The notes beneath the pieces are model-generated. The model ran no database searches, was not told the DNA's origin, and saw only the letters and a program-made list of their open reading frames with translations. The position numbers were made by a program, and so were the translations under genes. Positions 11,604 to 23,967 of a DNA stretch of 64,000 nt are shown one piece after another (position 1 is the first letter of the stretch; each line of letters starts with the position of its first letter). The stretch lies in the IMG/VR virus record IMGVR_UViG_3300045988_154156; one strand, 5' to 3'. Origin of the DNA: a virus.

Positions 11604-14600
11604 ATGAGAAGTTATTTTGGTATTCATAATCACACTCATTATTCTAATATTAGACTATTAGACTCAATTAATCGTCCTCAAGCATTAATTGATAAAGCTA
11701 TTGAATTAGGTTTATCTGGAATAGCAATTACTGACCATGAATGTTTATCTGCGCATATGGAAGTTAATCAATATGCGAAGAAATTATAGGAAACAAATCC
11801 TAATTTTACTATCGCACTTGGTAATGAAATTTATTTAACTGAAACTCGTCAAACTGGACAAAAATATTATCACTTTTTATTATTAGCTAAAGATGCTATT
11901 GGTCATAAAGCATTAAGAGAATTAAGTTCTATTGCTTGGATTAATAGTTATATTGATAGACGTATGGAACGTGTTCCTACTTTAAAAAGCGAATTAAAAG
12001 ATGTAATGTCTAAATATAAAGGTCATGTTATTGCTACTACAGCTTGTATTGGTGGAGAACTTGGTAGTTGTTTACTTCCAATGTATGAAGCTAATTTAGT
12101 TAATGACCAAAATACAGTAACTAATTATTCAATTCAAATAATGGATTTCATTAATTATTGTATTGAAGTATTTGGTGAAGATGATTTTTATCTTGAGTGT
12201 GCGCCTTCTAATAAAGAAGACCAGATGATTGTTAATAGACAAATTTATAAAATATCTCAATCTACTGGATTGAAAATGGTAATTGGTACTGACTCTCATT
12301 ATTTAACAAAAGAAGATAGAGCAATTCATAAAGCGTATTTAAATTCTAAAGAAGGCGAACGAGAAGTTGATACTTTCTATGAATTTGCGCATTTAATGAC
12401 AAGCGATGAAATCTTTGAATTAATGGAAAGTGATGCTGACACTTGGGATAGTAATAAATCAGGAAAAGAAATTTTAGATTGGATTTTAGATAATACTCAA
12501 AAAATTCAAAGTAAAATTTCTTTTTATTCTTTAGAAAGAAAGCAGATTATTCCAAAAGTAGAAGTAACTGATTATCCTCAATCATTAGCTGGTTGGTTTG
12601 AGCGCACAGAAAAATATCCTATTTTATGTAGCTTATTAATGAGTGATAACCCACAAGAAAGATATTGGGTTAATGAATGTTATATGTCTTTATTAGAAAA
12701 GATATATGATAAAAGTATTTCAGATGATAAGTTAGATATTTATTTAAATCGTCTTGAAATTGAAGCTGATATTATTAAAGATATTGGTGAAAAATTGGAT
12801 GATTGTTTGTTTGCTTATTTTAATACTTTTAAACACTATATTGATTTGTTTTGGAAATGCGGTTCTATTGTAGGTCCTGGTCGTGGTTCAGCAACAGGAT
12901 TTTTATCCAATTATTTATTAGGTATTACACAGCTTGATCCTATCCGCTGGGGTTTACCTTATTGGCGTTTTTTAAATAAAGAACGTGCTGAATTACCTGA
13001 TATTGATATTGATCTTGCGCCAAGTAAACGTCCTGCTATTTTTAAAGCAATTCGTGATGAACGTGGTGATTTAGGCTTAGTCCAAGTTGCTACATTTGGT
13101 ACTGAAGGAACTAAATCTGCGGTATTAACAGCTTGCCGTGGATATAGATCAGAAGATTTTCCAGAAGGTATTGATAATGATCAAGCACAATATATGTCTT
13201 CTCTAATTCCTCAAGAAAGAGGATTCTTATGGCCAATTCATGATGTTGTTTATGGCAATGAAGAAAAAGACCGCAAGCCAATTCAAGCTTTTATTAGAGA
13301 AGTAAATCAATATGATGGCCTGTTAGATATTATTATTTATATTGAAGGTATTATTAATAAACGTTCTTCTCATGCTTCTGGTGTTATTTTATATGGTGAT
13401 GATCCATTTGAAACAGCATCTTTTATGCGTACTCCCAGTGGTGATATTATCACTTGTTATGATTTGCATAAAGCAGAGGCAGCAGGCGATACTAAATATG
13501 ATTTCCTTGTAACTGAAGCATCTGATAAAATAATTACTTGTTATCAATTACTATTAAAGGATAATCAAATCCCTGATTTACCTTTAAGAGAATTTTATAA
13601 TAAATATATTCATCCAGAAGTAATAGACACAACAGATCAACGTATTTGGGATCACTTGGCGGCTGGCGATGTACTTGATGTATTCCAGTTCTCTACTGGA
13701 GTTGGATTAGCAATTGCTAAGAGATTAAAACCGCAAAATCCTATGGAAATGACGGCAGCAAATGCTATGATGCGTTTAATGTCTGAAAAAGGTAAAGAAT
13801 CTCAGCAAGATAGATATTATCGAATTCAACATCAAGGTATTCAAGTATTCGACGCTGAAATGAAGCAAAATCATTTGCCACAAGATTTAATTGATAAATT
13901 TCATAAGCATTGTGATAAATATTATGGTTGTTGCCCTATTCAGGAACAAATGATGGAAATTCTTATGGATATTGCGGGATTTACTTTAGGTGAAGCAAAT
14001 AGCGCTCGTAAAGTTGTTGCTAAAAAACAAATGTCAAAGATTCCACAATTAAAAGAGCAAGTATTTAGTAAATTTGATGATCCTAAAGTTGCTGAATACT
14101 TCTGGGAAATTGCGGTTGCTCCACAATTAGGTTATGCTTTTAGTTTAAATCATTCTTTACCTTATTCTTTTGTAGCAATTCAAATGATTTATTTAGTAAT
14201 AAATTATAATCCTATTTATTGGGATACCGCTTGTTTAATTGTTAATAGTGGTTCATTGGAAGATAATACGGAAGAAGAGCTAGTCGATATTTATGCTCCT
14301 GAAGGTGACGATTTAGCAAATGGTGTAACATTTGAAGATTTACCAGATAAGAGCGCAAAAATTAGAAGAACTGCTTCAACTGATTATGGAAAAATTGCTA
14401 AAGCTATTAGTGATATTCAAAAAGCAGGTATTGAAGTCGGTTTGCCAGATATTAATAAATCTAAGTTTGGTTTTGCTCCTGATATTGAAAATAATAAAAT
14501 TCTTTTTGGATTAAAAGGAATGTTGAATGTTGGTGATGATTTAGTTAATACCATTATTACTAACCGTCCATATATTTCTCCAAAAGATTTTTTATATAGA

Positions 14601-15599
14601 ATTAAGCCTAGTAAACAAGCTATGATATCTCTTATTAAAGGCGGTGCTTTTGATAATATGATGGATAGAAAATTATTAATGGGCTGGTATATTTGGGAAA
14701 CTTGTGATAAAAAGAGTCGTATTACTTTACAGAATATGAGTAGCTTAATTAAATATAAATTATTACCAGAAGATACTGATAAGCAAATTATGGCTCGTCG
14801 TGTTTTTGAATTTAATAGATATTTAAAAGCAGTTTGTAAAGATACAGCAAGTTTTTATAAATTAGACACAAGAGCAATTAATTTCTTAGTTGAAATTGGT
14901 GAAGATAATTTAATTGAAGAGGGCACGAAGCTGGATCAAAAGATATGGGATAAAAAAGTCTATCAACCTTGGATGGATGTATTTCGCGATTGGATTAGCG
15001 AAAATAAAACAGAAATTCTTGAAAATTTAAACGCAGTTATTTTTAAAGAAGATTGGAATAAATATACTGGTAAAAATAATTTATCAGCCTGGGAAATGGA
15101 AGTACTTTGCTTCTATTATCACAGTCACGAATTGAAAGACATTAATAATAAAAAATATGGATTTGCAGATTTCTTTGCTCTTCCGCAAGAACCAGAAGTA
15201 GATAGAAGCTTCTCCAAAGGTGGTAAGACAATTCATATCTATAAATTAAATACAATCTGCGGTACGTGTATTGCTAAAAATAAAACTAAAAGTACTGTTA
15301 CTATTCTTACTACTACTGGTCCTGTTGAAGTAAAATTCAGAAAAGAATATTTCAGTTTATTTGATAAACAAATTTCAGAAAAAGGACCGGATGGAGTAAA
15401 ACATATCGTCGAAAAGTCTTGGTTTAACCGAGGGAGTATGATTGTAGTTATGGGCGTGCGCCAAGGAGATAATTTTATAGCTAAAAAATATGCTTCTTCT
15501 CCTGGTCACCAGTTATATAAAATTGATGAAATTTTTGATGATGGAACTATTACATTACGTAATACTCGTTATCAGGGAGGAATAGAAGAAGATGTATAA
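11604..15599 (+). CDS. dnaE: DNA polymerase III alpha subunit-like replicative polymerase (PHP plus polymerase core), 1,331 aa with a single in-frame TAG at codon 62
   Basis: PHP domain HNHTHYSNIRLLDS…AITDHE. The 1,211-aa uninterrupted ORF 11964-15599 is in frame with the 11604 ATG and joined by TAG 11787-11789. RBS AAGAAAGGA. Confidence 0.9.
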
Positions 15600-16164
15600 A
15601 ATTGTAGCCATTATGGGCAAAGCAGGAAGCGGGAAGGATAGTCTTATGAAGGCTATCCTTCACCATGATACCGAAAAAAAATTAAATGAAATAATTAGTT
15701 ATACTACTCGTCCAATTAGAGAAGGAGAGCAAGAAGGAATTAATTATCATTATGTTTCTAATGAAGAATTTTCTCAATTAGTATTAGAAAATAAAATGTT
15801 AGAAGCGACAGTATTTAACTCTTGGGGATATGGTACTGCCATTAATTCATTAAATGAAAACAAAATTAATATTGGAGTATTTAACCCTGCGGGAGTTGAA
15901 AGCTTAATGAAAGATTCTCGTATTGATTTAAAAGTATTCTATATTGAAGCTTCAGACAAAGAAAGATTAATTCGTCAGCTAAGTCGAGAAAGCGATCCTA
16001 ATATTGAAGAAATATTTAGACGTTTTAAAGCAGATGAAATTGATTTTTCTGATTTATCAGATTTTAATTATACTACTATTAATAATGAAATTAAAAAAGA
16101 TTTTTATCCTGCTGTATATGCTATGGGAAGGCAAATCCGCGATTGGGCAGACGGATTTAATTAA
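15592..16164 (+). CDS. Deoxynucleoside monophosphate kinase-like P-loop kinase (190 aa, no TAG)
   Basis: GKAGSGKDS P-loop; overlaps the dnaE stop (ATGTATAAA). Confidence 0.65.
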   Translation: MYKIVAIMGKAGSGKDSLMKAILHHDTEKKLNEIISYTTRPIREGEQEGINYHYVSNEEFSQLVLENKMLEATVFNSWGYGTAINSLNENKINIGVFNPAGVESLMKDSRIDLKVFYIEASDKERLIRQLSRESDPNIEEIFRRFKADEIDFSDLSDFNYTTINNEIKKDFYPAVYAMGRQIRDWADGFN

Positions 16165-16232
16165 TCTATAAGAAAAACCATATTTAGTAGACAGCTTAAA
16201 ATTTTAATACTAAATATAGTGGAGGAATATAA

Positions 16233-18476
16233 ATGATTTATATTATAAAGCGCAATGGCACAATTGTTTTATTTGATAAAAATAAAATTATTAATGCTAT
16301 TAATAAAGCATTTATTGAAGTTGATGGATAGCTTTATGAAAATGATACCGCTCAAGATATCGCTAATGATATTGAACGTCAAGTAAATTATTTCCCTGAT
16401 GGTAGTGTAGGGGTAGAAGATATCCAAGATTGGATTGAAGATTATTTGATGCGCTCTGAGCGTCGTGATGTAGCTCGTGCATATATTAGATATAGATATA
16501 AAAAAGAAGTTGCTCGTGAAAAGAAAGATGATTTTATTCAAGCCATTAGGAAAAAGCTTGATGGTAAAGATATTAAAAATCAAAATGCTAACGTTGATGA
16601 AGCATCATTTGGCGGACGTATTGGCGAAGCCAGCAGTGTAGTAACTAAACAATTAGCTTTAGATTATATCTTATCACCAATGGCAAGAGATAATCATTTA
16701 AATAATATGATTTATACTCATGATCTTGATGCTTATTATGTTGGTTCTCATAATTGTTTAAGTATTCCTTTTGATGATTTACTTGCTAATGGATTTAATA
16801 CTCGCTAGACAGATGTACGTCCAGCAGGTTCAGTAAATACAGCTTTTCAATTAGTGGCTGTTATTTTCCAAATTCAAAGTCTTTCTCAATTCGGCGGCGT
16901 TAGTGCCACTCATCTTGATTGGACTATGGTTCCTTATGTAAGAAAAAGTTTTTATAAACATTGGAAAGACGGAATGCGTTATATTGAAAAAGTTGATTCA
17001 TGTGGGAAAGCATCTAATCCAGAAAATTTATCTATTGCTGATAATGGATATTTAGAATTTGAAAAAGCATATAAATATGCTATGGATATGACTATTAAAG
17101 AAGTCCATCAAGCAGTAGAAGGTATGTATCATAATCTTAATACTTTACAATCTCGTTCAGGAAATTAGTTGCCATTTACCTCTATTAATTATGGTACTTG
17201 TACTCTTCCAGAAGGAAGAATGATTACTAAAGCACTTTTGGATGTATCTATTGAAGGTATTGGCAAATTACATAAAACTTCTATTTTCCCTTGCGGAATT
17301 TTTCAATGTATGAAGGGAGTTAACCGTGAACCAGGTGACCCAAATTACGATTTGTTTAAACTCGCATTATAGTCCACCGCCCAAAGATTATATCCCAACT
17401 ACGCGAATGTTGATTGGTCAGGGAATGCTGGATATGATATCAATGACCCACGCACCTATTTTTCTACAATGGGATGTAGAACAGCCAATGGATACGATAT
17501 TAACGGTTTCGGTCAGCTAAAAGATGGTCGTGGTAATATTTGCCCAGTAACTATTATTATGCCCACTTTAGCTATGGAAGCTAAAGAAATGGCAGATCAT
17601 CAATATTTTGAAGATGGTTTAGATGCTCAAAAAGAACAATATCGTTGCAGATGTTTTATGAATTTATTAGATCAAAAAATTAATGAAGCAAGAATTCAAT
17701 TGATGGAACGTTTTGACTGGATTTGCTCACAAGACCCAAAATCTGCAAAATTTATGTATGAAAATAATTTAATGGCAGGTTATATTCCAGAAGAAGGAAT
17801 TAGAAGTGCCCTTAAGCATGGTACATTAGCTATAGGATAGATTGGTTTAGCTGAAACTCTTCAAATTCTTATTGGATGCGATCATACTGATCCAAGAGGA
17901 ATGAAAATGGCAAAAAAGATTGAAGAATTATTTAAACAACGTTGTGCTGAATTTAAAGAAGAATATAAACTTAATTTTGGAGTATATTATACGCCAGCTG
18001 AAAATTTATGTTATACAGCAATGCAAAAATTCAAAGAAAAATACGGCATCATACCTAATGTTTCTGATAAAGAATTTTTCACTAATAGTATCCATGTTCC
18101 CGTATGGAAGAAAATTTCTCCCTTTGACAAAATTGATATTGAAAGTCAGTTAACAGGTTATTCTTCTGCTGGATGTATTACCTATGTAGAATTAGATTCT
18201 ACTGTAAAGCATAATATTGATGCTCTTGAACAAATTGTTAATTATGCTATGGATAAAGATATCCCTTATTTTGCAGTAAATGTGCCTAATGATACTTGCC
18301 TTAACTGCGGATATTGTGATGAATTTAATGATAAATGTCCTGAATGCGGTAGTACCAATATTCAATAGCTACGTCGTGTGACTGGTTATTTAACTGGAAA
18401 CTACAAAACTGCTTTTAACTATGGTAAACAAAAAGAAGTAGAAGCACGAGTAAAACATACGGGGTAGATGGAATGA
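16233..18476 (+). CDS. nrdD: Anaerobic ribonucleoside-triphosphate reductase NrdD (about 747 codons, about 7 in-frame TAG)
   Basis: ATP-cone at the N-terminus. C-terminal Zn-ribbon CLNCGYC…CPECG followed by the glycine-radical motif RRVTGYL. Five ORF fragments in one frame, all joined by TAG. RBS GGAGGA. Confidence 0.9.
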
Positions 18477-18820
18477 CACATTCAATTTATGATTTAGCAA
18501 ACTATTTTAATTAGCAACAAGGAAGAAAATATCCTTGTTCTAATTAGATAGTGATATGTGCTTATATAACTGATAATTCGCAAGAAGTTTACAATTATTT
18601 AGATAAAAATAATATTATACCAATCAGAATATCAAAAACTCGTATAGAATGGCAAGAAAATAATGAGCGATGGATATGGTTACCTATAACTTAGAATACC
18701 AGAGGTTATAGATTTTATAAAATAAAAATATCTAAAAATTATAATAATGAGGAAATATTAAAAACAATAATTATTCCTTATTGCAGCTTATATTGTTGTT
18801 CTTGGGAGGTTATGGAATGA
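18473..18820 (+). CDS. Hypothetical protein (about 115 aa, 3 TAG)
   Basis: ATG overlaps the nrdD TGA. Continuous frame to TGA at 18818. Confidence 0.4.
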
Positions 18821-19494
18821 ATTATTCTAAAAGACCTTTAAAAAAGCATTAGAAAATAAAAGATAAATTAGAAAAAGCTACTGAAGTATTAAATAAAAAA
18901 ATTGACTCGGAATTAGAGGCAATTATAAAAAAAATATTTTCTTGGATAGCTGATGATGAAAAGATTAATACAAAAGAACATCGAGATGATTTAATAAATT
19001 TATTTTATAAAGCTTTAGAAAATCTTTATTCTGAAATTAATATATAGTTAGGAAAGATTTATAAAACCGTAGCTCCTTTTAATTTAAAGGATATAACAGA
19101 TTTAACTTTTCAAGAAGATGGAAAAACATTAGATGAGCGAATTACTAAATATTTAGATGATTTAGAAGAAAAAAGATTATCTGGTGATTTTCCAGATAAT
19201 TTAAAAAGCTTTGGTGCTAATATGTATTCTCGTCTGTTAAATAATGAAGGTAGATATTTATTTACTCATTTAATGAAAATGAAAATAAAACCTGTAGCTT
19301 CAATACTTGTAATTGAAACAGGAACTTGCGATGATTTATGCGGTGAATGGAATGGAGAATACCCTGCAGAAGAAGATGTTCCTCTTCCTCCCTACCATAC
19401 TAATTGTTAGTGTTCTGCTTATTATATTGAAACTGATGATGAAGATGATGTTAATGACTTAGATTTAGAAGTGGAGGAAGCAAAAAATATATGA
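18817..19494 (+). CDS. Protein with a Phage-Mu-F-like C-terminal motif (…PLPPYHTNC(TAG)CSAYYIE…), 225 aa
   Basis: RBS GGGAGG. C-terminal PPxHxNCxC signature typical of MuF/SPP1 gp7-like domains. Unusual position between nrdD and nrdG. Confidence 0.45.
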
Positions 19495-19979
19495 AATATG
19501 CAGGAATTATAAAAAATGATATTGCCGCAGCACCTGGAGTATGTGTTTCATTCTTTGTTCAAGGTTGTCCTAATCATTGTAAAGGATGCCATAATCCTGA
19601 AACATGGGATTTTGATGGTGGTAAAGAATTTACGAGTGATATATTTACTGAAATTACTCAAGCATTATAGGCAAATGGTATTCATCGAAATTTTTGTATA
19701 ATGGGTGGCGAACCATTATGTGAACAAAATCAATTGCTTACTTTACTTTTGGTCCGTACTATAAAAGAAAAACTTCCTAATACAAAAATTTATGTATGGA
19801 CTGGATATTATTATGATGATTTAATTAAACAAAAAGATAATGGAAAACTTCAAGAAATTCTTAGCAGTATTGATGTCTTGATTGATGGTCCATATATCCA
19901 AGAGCAAAGAGATGTATCATTGCCTATGCGTGGAAGTAAAAATTAGCATATTATTAATTTAAATTCAAATAAAAATTGA
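19491..19979 (+). CDS. nrdG: Anaerobic RNR activating enzyme NrdG (radical SAM activase)
   Basis: CPNHCKGC cluster near the N-terminus and IMGGEPL. Overlaps the upstream stop (ATATGA). 1 TAG. True end is either TAG 19944 or TGA 19977. Confidence 0.85.
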
Positions 19980-20004
19980 CGACTTTAAAATTTTTTGTTA
20001 TAAT
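19976..20004 (+). promoter_or_regulatory. Sigma-A-type promoter TTGACG-N17-TGtTATAAT
   Basis: -35 at 19976-19981; 17-nt spacer; TATAAT at 19999-20004; 30 nt upstream of ATG 20035. Confidence 0.65.
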
Positions 20005-20034
20005 ATATCTATAAAAAGAAATCGGAGGATTCAA

Positions 20035-20574
20035 ATGGAAAATTTTAAAGTTAGTTTTGAAGTGAAGAATATTCACGAATTAGAAAATTCTCCTTAGAAT
20101 TTCTATGCTGGATAGGTTTGCTATGATTAGGATAATCAAAAATTAATGGTATATAAAGATTCTAAGTGGATTCCATTAAATAATAATGCTAAATTAAATG
20201 CAGAAGGTTCAGGCATTGAGATTAATTTATATGATTTAAATAAAAATATTATGTCTCAATTAAAGCCTTTATCAGATGAAAAACTCAAAGAATTAAAGAA
20301 ATTAATTTTAACCTTTGATGATACAATAGATAATACTTACTATATGTTATTATGCCGAGAACGAAATTATTATACAATGTTCGTTAAAAGTGGTTGTATT
20401 GGTATTAATGCTATTAATGAAAGTGTTATTGATTGCTTACATGATTTAGGTGAAATAGTAAGTGGCGAATTAACTGAAGACAAAATAGCGATTGAATTCT
20501 GGATTAAAGCAGATGATACTGCTTATTGCGTTTATTTCTTTGGTTATGATGCTGGCGTAGTGGAGTGTGTATAA
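20035..20574 (+). CDS. Hypothetical protein (about 179 aa, 3 TAG near the N-terminus)
   Basis: RBS GGAGGA; ORF 20146-20574 extends in frame to ATG 20035 through TAGs. Confidence 0.55.
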
Positions 20575-20843
20575 TGGATACAAAAATTGTTGCTATCATT
20601 GATTTATTTGATAGTGAATAGAAAGTATATAAAATCTCTCCAAGCGAACAATCTCTTTTAGGAAAATATTCTTTAAATGATATTAACTCATTCGCTATGG
20701 AGATTTTACACAATTGTTATAATTATAAAATTAATGATATTCATTTCTTTGGATAGACAAATTATATTGAAGAAATTGTAGAATCAATTAATAATGTAAA
20801 TAGAAATAATTATTCTTTAAATTTAAATATAGAGGTTAATTAA
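20574..20843 (+). CDS. Hypothetical protein (about 89 aa)
   Basis: ATG overlaps the previous stop; 2 TAG; TAA stop. Confidence 0.4.
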
Positions 20844-21089
20844 ATGAAATATTTAATCAGTACAACAGATGTTTATAGAGTTCCAACAGTAGCAGAAGTA
20901 GAATAGTTACATGAAGAATTAATTAATGATACTCATTTTACTTTAAATGCTTTTAGTTATAAGACTAAACAAATTAAGCAGAAGGGCGAAATCATTGATG
21001 AATATCAACTAGTTACTGCTAAGAAATTATTTAATGATGAAAAAGAACCCGGTACAAATATTGATATTAAGTATGAGGTAGAATTTTAA
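20844..21089 (+). CDS. Hypothetical protein (about 81 aa)
   Basis: ATG directly after the previous TAA; 1 TAG; TAA stop overlaps the dut start. Confidence 0.4.
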
Positions 21090-21619
21090 TGAATAGATTT
21101 GAAAGAGTTTCAAGATTTCCCGACGCAGTTCTCCCTATTCGTAAGACAGCAAATTCTGCGGGTTATGATTTAACAGTCGCAGAAGATATTGTAATTCCTC
21201 CTTTATCTAAGCACATTTAGGCATTAGATGTTGATTAGGAATATGGTATTACAACGATGGATTTGACTGAAATGGCTGCTTTAACTAAATCTAAGAAAGC
21301 TAAACCTACTCTTGTTTCTACTGGAGTTAAATGTCAATTAAATCCTGATTGCTATTTGGAATTATCTGTGCGCAGTTCTACTCCTTTAAAATATTGGCTA
21401 ATTTTAGCTAATAGTGTGGGTATTATTGATTCTGACTATTATAATAATCCTGATAATGAAGGAGAGATTTTTTTACAATTAATTAATCTCTCTCCATATA
21501 ATATCCAATTGCATAAAGGTGATGTAATTGGACAAGGCATTATTAAAAAGTATGAGATTACTGATGATGATAATGCTACTGGGAATAGACTTGGAGGCTT
21601 TGGTTCTACGTCTAAATAA
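21089..21619 (+). CDS. dut: dUTP pyrophosphatase (dUTPase)
   Basis: Motifs AGYDL, GIIDSDY and C-terminal RLGGFGSTSK. 2 in-frame TAG near the N-terminus. Confidence 0.85.
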
Positions 21620-21653
21620 TAAAATTTGTCTCCTTGTCAGAAAGGAGGTAAAT

Positions 21654-22166
21654 ATGAATATTTTATTTTTAGATTTATCTACTAAATCTACTGGATATTG
21701 TATTTCTGATGATGCTGGTAAAATGATTACTTATGGTTTAATTACAGCATCATCAGAAAATAATATTTCAAGAATTGTTAAAATACAAACTGAAATTACA
21801 AAATTAATCCAATAGTATAAGATAGAAAAAATTATAGCAGAAGATGTTCATCCCGAAGAATATGGTTACTCAGATACTGCAAGATTATTAATGTGGCTTT
21901 AGGGCGCAGTTATGTTAGGTGCGCATTCAGTTAATTCTAAAGTAAATTCTAAAACTTTAGAATTAATGTAGGCTAACGAATGGCGCCGTCAACTAGGAAT
22001 TAAAGTAGGCCGTGGTATTAAACGATCAGCTTTAAAACCTTTAGATATTTAGTATGTAAAAGAACATTATGGTATTGAAGCAAATGATGATGTTTGTGAT
22101 GCTATATGTTTATTTACTGCTTATTTCCTCGCGCAGTAGCAGCAAAATGATTATAATTGGGAGTAA
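21654..22166 (+). CDS. RuvC-like Holliday junction resolvase (phage type)
   Basis: N-terminal ILFLDLSTKSTGYCI (catalytic Asp), then IAEDVHPE and DDVCDAICLF acidic residues. RBS AGGAGGT. About 5 TAG. Confidence 0.65.
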
Positions 22167-22243
22167 ATGATTGGACTTAAATAAGTAATCTTCCTATCTA
22201 AATGCTAAAGTATAATAGAAGCTAAAGAAAGGAGGTTACATAT

Positions 22244-22687
22244 ATGGCCACTTTTATTGCTGAACATTTTATTGAAATTATTTTTGGACTTATTTCTGCT
22301 GGACTATTAGCATTTTGTAAATCAATTCATGGTAAAATGAAAAAGTATCAAGCAATGGTTGAAGAGCAGAAAAATGATGACCTAGATGAAAAAATTGAAT
22401 CCCATATTGAGCCTATTAAAGAAGAAATAGAAGATTTGCGAAAATATATTAGAGAAGCAAAGACTATTGAAGAAAGTCATATGGAATTAATTATTGCATC
22501 TTACCGTTTTAGACTAACTCAATTGTGTCGTGCTTATTTAAAAAAGGGATATATGACTTCTAATGAGTATGAACAATTAACAGAGTTTTATAAAGTTTAT
22601 CATGGGTTAGGCGGCAATGGGCAAGCCAAAACTTATTATGATAAAACAATAAAATTACCAATTCAGCATGAAGAGCTTCCAAAATAA
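22244..22687 (+). CDS. Hypothetical protein with an N-terminal transmembrane helix (147 aa, no TAG)
   Basis: Intact ORF; RBS AAAGGAGG; hydrophobic FIEIIFGLISAGLLAF segment. Confidence 0.6.
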   Translation: MATFIAEHFIEIIFGLISAGLLAFCKSIHGKMKKYQAMVEEQKNDDLDEKIESHIEPIKEEIEDLRKYIREAKTIEESHMELIIASYRFRLTQLCRAYLKKGYMTSNEYEQLTEFYKVYHGLGGNGQAKTYYDKTIKLPIQHEELPK

Positions 22688-22691
22688 AAAT

Positions 22692-22731
22692 AAGGGATAG
22701 AACAATTAAGTTCTATCCCTTATTTTTTTAT
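22692..22731. terminator. Bidirectional intrinsic terminator at the convergent strand switch (AAGGGATAGAAC-loop-GTTCTATCCCTT, T-runs on both sides)
   Basis: 12-bp stem with a T-run downstream on both strands. Lies between the last + gene (22687) and the end of the - gene (22720). Confidence 0.75.
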
Positions 22732-23031
22732 CTATTTAAATATTTCATCAGTCTATTGGATTATATCAAATCCATAATCACTAATAATATTAGCAACTAA
22801 TTCCTACTAATCTAAATTTAATTTAATATTATAGCTAAACATAAAAGCATGAGTTATTTCATGACATAAAACATGATATAATTTATCTTCTTCTAATCTT
22901 CTATTTATATATATTGTGCTAGTCTTATCATCACAAGATCCTAATGCTTTTACCCCATTATGTTTAGATAATTTAGAAAAATTGGAGGGTACTAAAAGCA
23001 CCCTCCAATTTCTTCCATTTATATTAAACAT
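22720..23031 (-). CDS. ImmA/IrrE-like HExxH metallopeptidase-domain protein (about 103 aa)
   Basis: HEITHAFMF (HExxH) motif; 5 TAG clustered at the C-terminus; TAA stop inside the terminator stem. Confidence 0.5.
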
Positions 23032-23506
23032 TCATCTAACCAATTTTAGTTGCTAAAGCCGAAATTTTTCTTTCAAGGTAAGACCTTTCATCATTTGAAG
23101 CATTTTCAATCATTTCAACTATATCAGAGCTTAAATCTGAAATATAATTATCTAACTCCTTAAGCTGAATAGCCTTATCTTTATGATTTTGTTGAGCTTC
23201 TAAATACGCTTTACGGGCAGAGGGACTACGACCTATTTTGTCATCATCCCAAGCTGTTTCCATATGTGTATCAGTCATATATTTACTTGTTTTATTTTTA
23301 GGATATTTTTCAGTATAATATAAGATTTCTTCTTCAGAAGCTTTTTCCATTGCTTCAGTAATTGAACAATAATACTTTGCTTCTTCTAAATCTTTTATCA
23401 TATCAATGACTTCACCTAATTCATGAGCATCAACACAGGCTAAATTAGACATTTGGCATTCGACTTGCGCCATTAATTGTTCTCTTACACTTTCATAATC
23501 GCACAT
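23024..23506 (-). CDS. Hypothetical acidic protein (about 160 aa, no internal TAG)
   Basis: ORF with RBS AAGGGGGTAAA. Confidence 0.55.
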
Positions 23507-23520
23507 TCTAATTTACCCCC

Positions 23521-23946
23521 TTAAGCTACTCGTTCAATAATTAAATTAGCATTTTGTAAAGAGATAGCCTAAGTACCAGTGTTTTCAACACTAACCTAAG
23601 TGCAGCAACCTCCAATTACATCTAAGAATAAAGAACAAGAAATATTATTAAATTGTTCTACTGCGGTAGGAGTAGAAATCATAGTTGTTGTTTCTACCGG
23701 TTCCCCATTTATGGCAACTGCTAAAGAAATTGCTCCAGGAGTTCCACCAGTAGGAACTGCTATATTACCACCAAATAATATACGGAATCGAGCTTTTCGC
23801 TGATTCGCAGAAGTGATACCACGTAATGTTACTAAGCCACTTCCTTCACGATGTATCATAGAACAATTGCCAGCAACAGCGGTATTAGTAAATACTACAT
23901 TACTATTGGCATTAACCGTTTGTAAAGCATTTGCTGTTATTTCCAT
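23521..23946 (-). CDS. BclA-C / C1q-TNF-like jelly-roll domain protein (about 141 aa)
   Basis: Gly/Thr-rich beta-strand pattern (…GSGLVTLRG…RFRILFGGNIAVPTGGTPGAISLAVAINGEPV…) resembling exosporium BclA C-terminal domains. 2 TAG. Confidence 0.4.
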
Positions 23947-23967
23947 TTAGAAAACCTCTTTTCTTTA

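Noticed and set aside
17326-17520. ORF 17326-17520 as a separate gene inside nrdD
   Set aside because: It is out of frame relative to the continuous NrdD reading frame, which carries the conserved NrdD sequence through this region.
19944-19979. TAG at natural-looking gene ends (nrdG 19944, nrdD 18465, 3779, 23036) as real terminators, implying context-dependent suppression
   Set aside because: This cannot be decided from sequence. In every case an in-frame TAA or TGA follows within 1-12 codons, which is compatible with full reassignment. The ambiguity is noted in the gene coordinates.
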